Positions 13,587 through 26,073 of a stretch of DNA of 64,000 nucleotides are shown here, in pieces. Both the position numbers and the translations under genes were made by a program. Origin of the DNA: Adineta vaga (lineage: Eukaryota; Animalia; Rotifera); contig CP075494.1 in assembly GCA_021613535.1 (NCBI GenBank), positions 8,122,001-8,186,000 on the forward strand. The letters run 5' to 3'. Below the pieces are notes generated by a model. The model was not told where the DNA came from, did not search any database, and saw only the letters and a list, made by a program, of their open reading frames with translations. Position 1 is the first letter of the stretch. Every line of letters begins with the position of its first letter.

Positions 13587-16500
13587 ATGATGGCCCTTGT
13601 GCCATCAAGTAATGATGAGAGCGACAACCGGAATACAAATAATGAAAAGGTTATCGATCATATTGATTAGTTAAATTATATTATAATTGTTGTTCTATTG
13701 TATTTAGGATAGAAAAAATAGTATGATGAATGTGTTCAATAGACATAATAGTTCTTCATTATCGGTGAATCAATTTAATGTAAGACCTGCACAAGATAGA
13801 TCTACCTATGAACAACTCTATCAATTTCAAGAGTCTCGTGATCGACTATCAAGCAATTCAAAGTTAGTTTGCAATTTTTTATATATTTTTCTCGATTTCA
13901 AATCTTATATTGATAGTCGTCAAAGACATTCAGATGGTAAACCTATTGTAATGATCGATACTACATATAACAATCCTCCACCTGAAAATTCTGGTCTTCA
14001 ATTACCATTGATTGAAACGCATCATTCACGAGTAATCAGTCATTTACTTTTGTTAATCTACATTTTATTTATTTATTTATATTAGCCTAAATCAAGAAAC
14101 TCGCTGTCGAGAAAGCCATCCGAATCACTGGGTATCTTACCTCTTAAACATCGACGAACCCTTCTCGTAAACATCTCTTAGTATTCCGTTAACACTATAT
14201 ATATATATATTATTTTGTAGAATTATAACATTCCATCATCATCAGATGATGCTAAACGAGAACTTCTTAGACTGGCTGGACATGAAACAACGATACAGAT
14301 TACTTCTTCGACTTTTGAATCATTACCATCAAGAACAAATAGTTCAATACAACGAATCCGAACATACAGTAGAGGTTAGAATATTGCAAGTTTCTCGTTA
14401 TAATTCTTATATCTTCACTAAATTTCAGAAGATTACGATGGAAATATTTATCATCATGAACCAACAACTATCTCAAATGTTAAATCATTCAACCATCGAA
14501 ATCAAAAACCTGTTCCAGAACGTTTGAGTTCAGTAAGTAATTAAGAAATAATTAGTTAAATATTATGTCTCTAAATATAGACTCATCGTTTTCTTGGACA
14601 CAACGGAAAAGAACGAGCTGCTATTGTGATTCAATCTTTCTGGCGTGGTGTTCGTACACGACAGGCTTATAAAAAATTAAAAAAACGTAAATGGGCAGTA
14701 AATGTAATTGCATCCGCCTGGTTAACGCACTCGAAATTATCTCAAATTCGAAATCACTTGAAATTAACACGACATCGTCAATTAGAATTCTTTCATTTGA
14801 AACAAAATGAATTCAAAGAAAATTGGTTATTGATATCATCAAATCGTCGTGTGATTGTTCATTTACCATCCTTAGGTTTAACAGAACATACACGAAAAAA
14901 ATTAAAGAATTTATCACTTAGAGAAAACTATCAAATTGGGCGATTATGTGAATTAGAAGATCCGAATGTTGATATCATCTATGTATCCTCCGTGGATGTC
15001 AATGATGAAATTCTACAATATTATAATAAATTAGTAAGATTTATTTCAATTCTGAAAATGATGTTTTTTTTCTCTTGATATCGTTTTGTAAAATTTAGAT
15101 TCATTTACGAACTATGGTTGAACAAGGTAGTGAGCAACCTCTACCATCAACATCTAATCATATATATGAAAGATTTAAAATTATTATACCTGAAGCATTA
15201 CATAGTTTTCCAGTAAGTTAGTTTCGTATCGTTCACGTATACACATTCGTCTTGTCATTGTTTAGAAACATAATATGTGTTTATCTACTCTATTGAAATA
15301 CAGTCCTAAAGCTTTGAAACAGTACGTAGAATTATGAAAGATATAAATGATGATTTATGAAGTATTTTAGAATAAAAACATTGATAAAAGATCGTCAAGC
15401 TTATCTTGTATCAGGTATTTCACATATGGATGATTTACATATTGCTGAATATCTTAATATTCCTATATATGGTTTGTTGAATTTATTGTTTTATTGAATT
15501 AATTTGATTGAAAAAAACAAACTTTTCTAGGTTGTGAACCAGAAGCATCCTATTTATATTCCACAAAATCTGGTTCAAAACGGATTTTTAAATCTAGTAA
15601 TGTTCCAATGCCATTTGGTGAATACGATATATATGATGAAAAACATCTACTGAACGCATTAACTCAATTAATTATTGATCATTCGGATGTTCAACGATGG
15701 TTATTTAAAATCGATGATCAATTTGATGGATTAGGTATTGCTTACTGTGATATTGCTATTTATCTTCCATGTTATGATGATTTTGTGAAGGAAGTTGAAA
15801 ATTCATCAAAGAAATCCGTATCGGTGAGGAAATCGATTAAACAGATTGTTAAGAATCTCTCTTTATTTTAGAAAGATTTTTATGGAAAAATTCTTTCTGA
15901 ATTACCGAATGTTCTCGATAAATATACAATCTATGTAAATAAAGCTCAATTCAATTCATGGAAAACTTTTATGTCAAGTTTCTTATCTCAAGGAGGTATT
16001 ATTGAAGCATATCCACCATCGGATTCGATAACATCATTAACTATTTGTCTTGCTATTGAATTCGATGGACAAAATTCATTGATCTGTTCCGGTGATCAAC
16101 TTCATGCTGAATCACAATATTCTTGTTGGGGCTTAGCTTTTCCTCAATCGAGTGTTGATCCGAAAGAATTAAACAACTATTGTGCATTAATTGCTGAACA
16201 ATGTAAACAAAGACATATCTATGGTTATATTGATCTTGATTTTGTTACATTTATTGAAACAAAAACTGATAAACAACAAATTTGGATAACAGATTTATCT
16301 GTTGGTTATTCTGAACATCTTTCTCTTTTTCGTGTTATGAAATACGTAACAACTGGACAATTTAATTCTCAGAAACATTCATTTACTGTTCAAATGAAAC
16401 AACCAAAACAACGTCTAAGAAACTGGCAAAATGGTGCACCTGAATATACAGTAAAAGAACCTTTTCTTTATCTATAAACAAAGAATTTCAAAGAACTATT

Positions 16501-16947
16501 TTAGATCATAGAAAGAAATCGTTATGCTATTTGGAGTTCTCGACTTTATCATACAAATTTATCTACCATACCTTATAGTATGTTTTTTCAAATTTGTCGA
16601 TCACATGCTGTTGGTTTTGATGTTCGAGAAAAACAAGGCAGTATTTTTACTTTACTCGAAGGAAATCATCATGATCATATTGGAATGATTACGATAAGTG
16701 AAACATTACAACAGACTTTATCGAATTTTATTAGTAATCTAAACGTCATTCATCGAGAAATTGTAAAAACAACAGAAATACAAGGTCAAAATAATTTTAT
16801 GGTTTGTTCGATTATTTTGTTTATTGAAATACAATAAAAGTCATTATTCTTCTTCAATTTTAGTTAGCAGTGAATGAAATAGAAAATATATTGGATACTA
16901 CGCAAGACAATGCTTCAAATGTTTCACTAAATACAACTACATCTTGA
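13587..16947 (+). CDS. IQCH: IQ motif-containing protein H-like, multi-exon
   Basis: IQ motif IQSFWRGVRTRQAYKK, then RRVIVHLPSLG, QIGRLCELEDPNVDIIYVS, YSTKSGSKRIF, WLFKIDDQFDGLGIAYCD, FLSQGGIIEAYPPSDSITS. Confidence 0.85.
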
Positions 16948-17466
16948 ATATACTTTGTTTTCTTGTTTTTTAGTCACTTAATCATTCACACATGTTCTTT
17001 ATATAATAAATCATTTTCACAAGGCAAACTACAATGAACGACTATGTATAATTAAGTTCAAAGAAATTTTGATGTTCTATAGTTTTACTTTGTAAATTTA
17101 TTCAAATGACACAAGTAAGATATAAGGTATGTATTCGATCGAAAGAACATTACAATCAAATATAGTAATATCATTTATGGCATTCGTAACATATTACTCA
17201 AAATGTTGATGACGTACGTAGTCAAAAATTTTATTACACAACTACGGCTCGATAAACTATTAGTAAACTATAGTGTGTTCTTTTCTCGTGGATCAGTCTG
17301 AAAAGAAAATGTCAATATATCATCTTTCTTTTACACTTCATCATAGGTCAATAGAATGTCATTTTGAAACAAACCTCCCACACATCCAACTATATCTGTA
17401 CATATTTATATAATAAACTGTGTTAAATATGCTATTCAGACAGTAAAAAAAACCCAAAGTGAATAT

Positions 17467-17793
17467 ATGAAATTCTTGTGTTATATACTCATTTTTCTAA
17501 TACCATTTTCTTTCTCGTATCCTCGTCAATATCCCAATGATCTAAATAATCTTCTTCAAATGTATTTGAAACAACGTGAAACCATGTTGGATACATCAAA
17601 ACAAAAATTTGGCTCTCCAAGACAAAATTTATTTCGAGTAATGCCAATACATTATCAACAACTACAAATACATAATCCAACATGTTTACCACAAGTATGG
17701 ACATGTGGACCCGGTTTACCACTCTGCTGTCCTGGCCTTATGTGTTATGATGGTAATGCTAAACGTGGTCGATATTGTGTAGCTAGAGGATAA
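17467..17793 (+). CDS. Secreted pre-pro-peptide with C-terminal inhibitor-cystine-knot (knottin) domain
   Basis: Signal peptide MKFLCYILIFLIPFSFS, spacer, then CLPQVWTCGPGLPLCCPGLMCYDGNAKRGRYCVARG* (C-C-CC-C-C, terminal Gly); intronless. Confidence 0.85.
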   Translation: MKFLCYILIFLIPFSFSYPRQYPNDLNNLLQMYLKQRETMLDTSKQKFGSPRQNLFRVMPIHYQQLQIHNPTCLPQVWTCGPGLPLCCPGLMCYDGNAKRGRYCVARG

Positions 17794-18048
17794 AATAATA
17801 CTGACAAATGTTGTTGTTTTTTTTCTTTTATAAATCTCATTTTTTCCAATAAAATTTTGAAATAAGTATTATTATACAGTTTTCTTATGTTGAATAATCT
17901 TGATAAAAATTCGAAAACAACCTATATGTGCATAATATCGCGTCTTTCACTATGACTCGTGAAATGTACAGGTAGTTGTGAAAAGAATATTATGTGTACA
18001 TGCTTGATTATATAAATTTATTTAAAAAAAAATTATAAATTTTACAAT

Positions 18049-18829
18049 TTATGCAATACGTGGTGTTTCACTAACAATTCCTTTTTCATCAACAGCAACA
18101 CGTACACGATCATTACGAAAATCCATTGTCATTGGTGAATTACGAGGAACTGTGAAGACCTGAGTAAAACCTATAAATTCATAACAAAACAAGATCAATC
18201 TATTGACTAGAGATACGTATTGACATACCAGTTTGTTCTTTGATATGTTCTACAACATATGAACCTTCTTTTCCAACCATTTCTGGCCATGCTGTTTTCT
18301 TCGCATCATTGAACAGCATTCGTGTATCAGCTTCTAATGGATCTGAAGATCATTAGTTTTATCGTTTGTTAACTTAGTATAAAATTTCTTCAAACCTGAA
18401 TTGATGCTAACAACTGGAATATCTTTTGTAATTGTACTATCACTACTGATAGGTACGCGAACATGTTGATCAGTGATAAACAAAAGATTAGTTCCTTTAC
18501 TAATTCGAACTGATAATGTATATATTCTTTGGGAAGAAAGGTCATTTGGTATTTCCATTTCGAACGCATATGGAAGTGAGAATAAATCGTCAACTTGAGT
18601 TTGTTTGATAATAATTGCTGCACATCAGCCATTGTTGTATCTTGAATAGAAATTGTCATTTTTGAACCAGATGGAATACGAATCGATTTATTAACATCAC
18701 CATCCACAAGAACTTGACCACGAATGATATTGCCAACTAATAAACAAATAAAATACAAAACGACAAAAGAAACAAAAACAACATACCACATAGTGGTAAT
18801 AAACATGTTAAAATAATTAAACGAAACAT
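18049..18829 (-). CDS. Secreted YbaY-like domain fused to potato inhibitor I (I13) serine-protease inhibitor; 4 exons (18829-18787, 18736-18396, 18342-18229, 18170-18049); 1-nt frameshift near 18622
   Basis: Signal MFRLIILTCLLPLCVG; IPSGSKMTISIQDTTMADV/AAIIIKQ...LPYAFEM...YTLSVRI...LLFITDQH (YbaY-like); KTAWPEMVGKEG...SPMTMDFRNDRVRVAVDEKGIVSETPRIA* (I13); three 50-58 nt GT-AG introns keep phase. Confidence 0.8.
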
Positions 18830-19939
18830 ATCTAAAACGTTTTCGTTTACAATCGTTAAATTTATTGATCTAAAAAAAACGGAATTATTTATTCGTTTAC
18901 AAACATATTATAAATACATAATAAATATAGGAAGAGCATGACAAATCGACAGAAAATATCCTTCGAACTGAAGCTGAAATGAAGAAAAAAACAACGTGTG
19001 CAGGTAGAAAGCAAAAGAGAGGGAGAGAGAGACAGTAGTCGCTTAGACATAACTATGCCTGAGTAGAATGATTTGTTGTCATTAGAAAAGAAAGTACGTG
19101 ATTGGTGAAACGATTGAAAAGAAACACAAATCGTTTTTTAATTAGATAAGAAATATAGTTTAAAAAAGTAGTCACAGTTAATTAATTGTTTTTATATGTC
19201 GACGTACGAGGTTAAAAAATACCTCTCATCAATCAATAATTTAGAACGTCCATGAAAAGAACAGCAGGATAGCTTGTGACATGTTTCCTTTAATCTAAAA
19301 ACATGGCAAAGAATTTCATCCAGCAAATTTAAAAATTAATCATGACATTATGAATCAATGGAGCAAGTCTCGTAAGAAAAATACTATTGTTGGCACTCCA
19401 AGAAAACAGTATTGAAATATGATAACATAGTTCTATTATAAATCGATCCTGATCTGAAATAATGTACTTGCTGTTAGTTCCAAACTGACTGTGATAGTTG
19501 GTTTTTCTGGATTAAAGTAAGTTAGATAATACCAGAATAAAATATCGTGTAGGTCAATTTAGACTTTTTTGTTTTTATTTACACCGACACAAAATAACCG
19601 GTAGTTGGAGAGAAAGAAAAAAACGACTGTTCCCTAATGAAACAAAATAATGAAGGGAGCATAAGTATACATATACAGACAACAAGAACGATAGTATGTG
19701 TCGGTCAATGGGCAGAGGAAAGAAAAGTGTAATACGAACAACAATGACGAATGACATATAAAAAACAATATGAGAAGAGAAAAATAAATAAAGACATCAA
19801 TGTTAATCAGTCTTGACGACAAACAGCAGCACGAACAACAACAACAACAACAACAACGATGAATTTAATATTGCACAGCAAGTAAAAGAACAAAAAAAAA
19901 GAATCAATGTGTAGGACAATAAAAAATAGGAATGATCAT

Positions 19940-22433
19940 TTATGATGGTTTGCCATCTTCCGGATCTTTTAATGAATGCCATTGGGCAATCGGTCGTCGC
20001 GGTGATGCAAGCATATCAGACCAATGCCGTAATTCTGTACCAGTTGCATTACAACCTAAAACAACTTTACCAATTGGTTCAGATGTGCCGATACGATCAT
20101 AATCGACAACAGTAACGACTAGTTGTACTTTCTAAAACAATAAAGATTTCAATTCATAGAAATATATATTTTCGTAAATCAATATACGAACTTGAATTTG
20201 TTCAAACGGTACTTCAAATGTAAATGATTCGTTATAATATGGATTTAATGTACATTTTTTAATCGATGTTTTCTTCTTTTTCAAACGTTTGCCATTCATC
20301 ATTAATGATAATTTAACATATGGATCTAAAAAATAATACATTACCAAATGTATATCAGTATTCAATTACGTACCAGAAAGACCACCAACGTCCATTTTTT
20401 TCAGATTTTTCGCTTCGAGTATGGTAATTGTTAGTTTACCTGCTGTTGGAACATATCGAAGTGAAAAACAAATGTCACCTAATTTATTTTCCTAGAAAAC
20501 ATGAAATAATAAATGAATTACATCATTTTTTTTCTTCTTCTAGAAAAACTTACCGCCTCTTTATCTCCTGGAGGTGGTGATAAATCTTTAATTTCTCTGA
20601 TAACTTTGCCTAAATCGACTGTATTTAATGGAATTTGTACTTCACCAATTTGATCATGCCTTGAAAATCGATCGAAATCATATACAGCGAAGACCAAGGT
20701 TTTTCCACCAATTTCACCATAAGCCAAATTCTATATACAATGAAAGAAAAAAGATTTCTTTGATGACATAAATTTTTCATTGAATTTACTTTAAATATAA
20801 ATGTTTCATTGAAAATAGGATTTAGCGTTTTTCGATAGACTTTTGTTTCAAATTTTTTCTTCTTATCAGGTAATACATAAACTTTCACATATGGATCCGA
20901 TGTTCCACTCATATCCATAGCTGGTAATTCTTGAGCTTGTATAACTTCGACTTTGAGCTAAAGAATTCATAATTAAAATTAAGATTCTTTGACAATCAAA
21001 ATAATTCTACTTCTTGTTTTTGAAAATCATAATCAAGTGAATATTCTAATTTGCCTAAATTAGGTGCTTCACTTTTCTTCGAATCAGCATCTTCGTTATC
21101 TTCCATATTTGGTGTTAATTCTTCAATATCAGGTTGGACCTAAAAGAAATCAATCATTTTCAATAGAATAGAATACGTTTGAATTATGTTTACCTTCTCT
21201 TTAAGTAAACCAAATGTTTTGACAGCCTGTAAATCGATACCTTTACCGCCTTTGACACCTTTCTTTTTCCATAGTTTTCGACATGTTCGACGAATACAAC
21301 ATGCAATACATGTACATAATGCAAGAAGTACAATAATAACGAGGATAATTGTAGCCCAAGGTGGCACTAAAAAATGAAATTCGATGAAAAATCAATCGTT
21401 GCCCAAACACTGACTCAAACAGTGGACCTACTCTTTACGCGAGACGCTTTACCGACTGAGCTACTTGGGCAATAAATATGCGAACTAATTCAATAAAAAA
21501 AATTTCATTATCAATTATTCTCAATCTCTTGAGAATTGACGTTCTATAGTCAACTATCGAACATCGAACAACATATATTTATATGTGTACGTTATTTTAC
21601 CTGGTATGATCAAGCCGAATAATCTTGTTTTTCTTTCTATATTATGATCTAATTTCGTTGAATTGTTCATTTCTAACTAAACATATCTCTTTTAACCATA
21701 TGCGAAAAAGTAATATATAAGTCAATGATTGTAAATATCTATTCACATCAAAATACACCGGTAAATGTTGGTGGTGTGCACTTTTTTGTCAGTCGAATGT
21801 TTTACGAAAAAAAATATGTAGAAGAGAGGAAAGAAAAAGTTTTTTTCCTTTTGGTCACAATCTTTTTATGTACATTATCGATTACCATAGTTAAGAATAA
21901 CATGAGTAACGAATCTCTCTCTCTCTTTTCTCTTTTTCTGTAGTTGATTGTCAATACAGAACATAAAGTCATCTATTCGTTTGCTTCATTTCAAATGTAT
22001 TGTAATAAGAGAAGAATTCAAGAAAAAAAACCCGTCCAATATGTTGATTTGCATCACGTCAGTTAACTTTCGTCGTTCTACAATTATCGAATGACTCCTA
22101 CACAAACATAAACACCTTTACAGGTGGATACAAATATATTTTTCGTTCTTGACTCATTTTGACAGATGACAATAATGATTCAGGTAAAAGATTTCAAATT
22201 GAATAGAAATACTTACTAGGAACTTTTTCGATGACATCTTTTCCAATTGCTTTGGCCTTTTCAAATTGATTTTCGGTAGTTGTCAATGGAAGACCTGCGC
22301 CTGCTGGAGTCGTGGCTGAATCGTCATCGTCATCATCGTCTCCATCTCCATCTTCATCATAATCATCTTCTGCATCATCATTAGTTGATTGCAATTCTTG
22401 ACGACGAAAACGACGATGCCGTAAAATACCCAT
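19940..22433 (-). CDS. SYT1: Synaptotagmin-1 (TM, C2A, C2B), multi-exon
   Basis: TM with Cys cluster; [95 protein letters not shown]. Confidence 0.95.
21400..21470 (-). pseudogene. Degenerate tRNA (probably Thr-CGT) inside a synaptotagmin intron
   Basis: GCCCAAG-TA-GCTCAGTCGGTAAAGC...CGTAA...AGGTC-CACTG-TTTGAGT-CAGTG-TTTGGGC-A; acceptor, D and T stems form, but the anticodon arm is about 2 nt short and the T-loop reads TTTG. Confidence 0.7.
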
Positions 22434-24619
22434 ATGATATATTTGATAAGACTAATCAAAACTACTGACAACTAGAAAAAAAGAAGAAAGGCGAATTGTT
22501 GATGAGCATTTCTGTTTTCTTTTGTATATTTTTATAAACGATAAAATGGCGTGTGTCGTTAGACGATAGAAACATGTAATATAATGAAATGTAAAAAAAA
22601 TGAGAAGGATGTCAAGAGGAGAGCAGCAATATAATCGTAGGAAGATTAATGCAACATTTTTCTTTCTTTGTCTATCATTTTCATCATGAGCTGAGAATAG
22701 CAGGATAGCAATAGGTAGCCTCTAACTTACGGATTTGTAATATCATCAACGCCTATGGTCGTGAATTTGAGTAGAAAATAATCGTAGGTTTCGCTTACTT
22801 GTTTTATATATGATGCTCGCAAATACGGAGGATAAAGATGATGGCAGTTCTGACGAACAGTTCACAATAACGACAACAACAACAAGCAAGTTTTTCTCGT
22901 TTTTCTTCTCTCTCTCTCTCTTCGCTCTTTTTCTTTAATAATAGTAGTAGTCGATGAAAGAGAAAAAATATGAATGAACCATTTTTTTCCTTCGTGTCTT
23001 GTTCGTTCTAAACATCGAAGTAAAACGACGAGGACGACGACGACGATGCCGCTCATCGTCGAAGCGAATGTTTGTTCTTAGTATTGACGTTTTCTTTTCC
23101 AGTCTCTCTGCTCGTCGTAACACGCATCCACAATTACTTGAAGGCGGAAGAAGAAATGGAGAAAGTCGTCATCGGACTTTTTTTTCTCTCTCCCTCTGTT
23201 TTCTTGTCGTTGTAGCAATTCGAAGTAAGAATTGAACGTTGTTACAGACGTCGTTGCTGTCTCTAGCCGATAGTCTGATGTTCAACCAGCATGACTGATT
23301 TTTTTTCTCGCATTTCCATACCAATGGAAAGAGAAAAAGGAGAATAGGACCGCGAAAGCTAACGTACTTATGGAAGAGAGAAAAATGAGTTTTTTCTTTT
23401 CTAAATATTCAATGTAAAGAAGGTTTTTTTTTACGATATAAGGAAAACTACGATAGTTTCTTTCACTAATCAATCAATGGGTAGAATGGCAAGAGAAAAT
23501 AGAAGAAGAAGCAGGAGAAGGAAAAGAAACGCCTAGTCCAGTAATGAACACTTAAGGGCCTGAGATACAAAAGAGAAAGAAAACGAAAATTATATATTGC
23601 TGTTACATCGCATTCGGAACTGAGCGGAAGAAATATGCGATTATATTGCCTCAAAATAAAAATAAAAACTAACAATTTTAAGCATATAGATTTCATCTAA
23701 GAACAAATAACTTGTATCTTGGTTTGAATATAAGAAATAAAAAACGAATTGAAGAATGGTGATAATATATTTTTTTTTTTGTGACAAATAAAAATCGTTT
23801 TGCATTTCAATGATTCATTGATTGTTGACAACCTTCGTCATTCTATATAAAGGTGAATTTATGATTACCTATACTCAAATTCATCTTTTTCCTATGACGT
23901 CAGTTTGTATTGTATAGGTAGTCTATTGAAATACTATTAGCAAGATCTAATTTAATAGTTTTCCTTTCTTAATATTCTCCTAGTCTCGTAGGAGAAGAAT
24001 CAGGTAAAGTCGAAAAGCAACACACTAAAGGTATATATATATATATATTAATATTAGTGCATAAAATGGACTTGTATTTAAGTAGAAACATATGCGATCA
24101 AACATCATTAATTAGAACAAAGGAAGTTATAAAATGAAGTTTACAACTTCATTTCCGAGCAGTTCTATTCGGAAAGACATGAAATTAATATCAAAAGATT
24201 ATATAGAAAGTTTCTTACATTTGTCGTAGGATTTTCTGAAACCTTGCAATGTTTCTCGAATAGAATATAAAGAATTAATGAGTTTCAGCATGCTTACATT
24301 TTAATCTTAAGATTAAACTGAATAATATCATGCCTCATATTTCTTCTGAAGAAAATAAAACCTATAAAACTTGTATCATACTCACATACTTCAGCATTTT
24401 TTCATTCTATAAATATATTCTCAAAGAACTGACACATTGAATAGAAATAACGATCAAAATGTGCATATAAATCAAATAATTCTTTTCAATATATCCGACT
24501 CATTGAATTTATTTTCTTTATACCATTTATTGCATATATACAATATTTACAATCTTTCCATTTCTTTCTGTTCGTTATAAATTCAACTATCCTGTCATTT
24601 GTCCATGTATTTTTAAATC

Positions 24620-25642
24620 TTATGATGTTGCTGCTGCTGCTGCTGCATCAAATGGTGCTCCATGAATTTGTCCCGTTTTCCATCCACCTTTTCTCGAACC
24701 ACTCAAACCTTCTTCTAGACGATCAAGATCATAATCATAACCATGTTCAGCATCGATTCTTGGCAATGGAATATGATTGAAACGATAATCCCACACACTT
24801 GCATACTGAAAACGATATGATCCAAATGCAAACATTGTACCAATAGTGGCACCAGCTAAAATATCGTACCAATGATGATAATGATCAATCGTTAATGAAG
24901 CAGCAATAAGAACAGCACCAAGGAGTGGAGTATAGAAAAGAACAAGTTTCCACAATTGAGGACGATAATTCGAAAAAATCTTCAGTTTACCGTTCAAATA
25001 TAGAGAGCAATAAACAAGACTAGCAAATGCTGCTGTTGAATGTCCTGATGGCATTGATTGTAATGCAAAATTAATTTCTTTTTCATCACCTGTACATATG
25101 GATCGATCAAATAATAAACCATCAAAACCTTTTCCAGAACCAGCATTTGCTGCATTAATATTTGGTTTGCATACGGAAAGAAAATGTGGTCTTAAACCTC
25201 CAATTAACCATTTAATAAGTACTTGAAAAGCTGCTCCAGATACGATTGCATATATTAAACCCATAGTTGCCGTATTAGCATCATTAAAACTTCGTACACG
25301 TATTTGCATTAACATGATAAATATGAATGGAATGATAAATGCTAACAGACCAGATAACCATGTCGGTATAATATTTTTCATCAATGGATAAGTTAATTCT
25401 GGATTAACAATTTCACCATTACGAAAATAAATAGGAAAAAGACGATTTGGTACAGGTCGAAGAGCATTTGCAACAATTCCTATAACTCCTAAGATAATCA
25501 ATAGAAGATAATCCATCCAAAATGTACGGATATAAATTCGAAAGGTCATGACTTCTTGTCTTTGTCGAGGGACATTTCTTTGTTGTTCATTCATATTTTG
25601 TTCTTGCATAGTCATAAGATTATTATTGGGTTCGTTCATCAT
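24620..25642 (-). CDS. PAP2 lipid phosphate / diacylglycerol pyrophosphate phosphatase, fungal-like, copy A, intronless
   Basis: KWLIGGLRPHF (C1), PSGHS (C2), SLTIDHYHHWYDILAG (C3); multiple hydrophobic segments. Confidence 0.92.
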   Translation of the reverse strand: MMNEPNNNLMTMQEQNMNEQQRNVPRQRQEVMTFRIYIRTFWMDYLLLIILGVIGIVANALRPVPNRLFPIYFRNGEIVNPELTYPLMKNIIPTWLSGLLAFIIPFIFIMLMQIRVRSFNDANTATMGLIYAIVSGAAFQVLIKWLIGGLRPHFLSVCKPNINAANAGSGKGFDGLLFDRSICTGDEKEINFALQSMPSGHSTAAFASLVYCSLYLNGKLKIFSNYRPQLWKLVLFYTPLLGAVLIAASLTIDHYHHWYDILAGATIGTMFAFGSYRFQYASVWDYRFNHIPLPRIDAEHGYDYDLDRLEEGLSGSRKGGWKTGQIHGAPFDAAAAAATS

Positions 25643-26073
25643 TTTGCCGTGTTTTTATGCTGTTAACGTAAAGTTAATATATCGTAATTCACGATGTTAC
25701 ATGAAAAAAAATGTTTTAAAAGAAGAAATACAAAAAAATTTTTTTCTAGGATCTGCTGCCAGAGAAGAGAAGAGAATAGAAAGAACTCGTTTATTCTTTT
25801 TCTTTCTTACCAACGTGGAGCCACCATGGGTCATATAGTAGAATATAAAATGACATAGAAATTCTTTTCGTTCGGCTCTCTTGCTCTCTCTCTCTCTAAC
25901 TCTGACGTAACATCGAATAGGATTGGATCTAATAATGCGTAATTAAGATTATATTATTCTGACCCTCAATTCGATGGCTCCATATAATGAAGATTCCAAA
26001 ACTTGCGATGAAATGTATATTTTTATTAAACAAATAGTTTTTTTAGACACTTTTCATTTGTTTATAAAACTAT

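Noticed and set aside
18737-18806. ORF-track start MFITTMWYVVFVSF as a TM or signal segment
   Set aside because: The hydrophobic stretch is a T-rich intron (GTATGT..TAG); a better signal peptide starts at 18829
22862-23696. Cluster of short ORFs upstream of SYT1
   Set aside because: Simple-repeat-rich 5' UTR/promoter sequence; an in-frame stop precedes the SYT1 ATG
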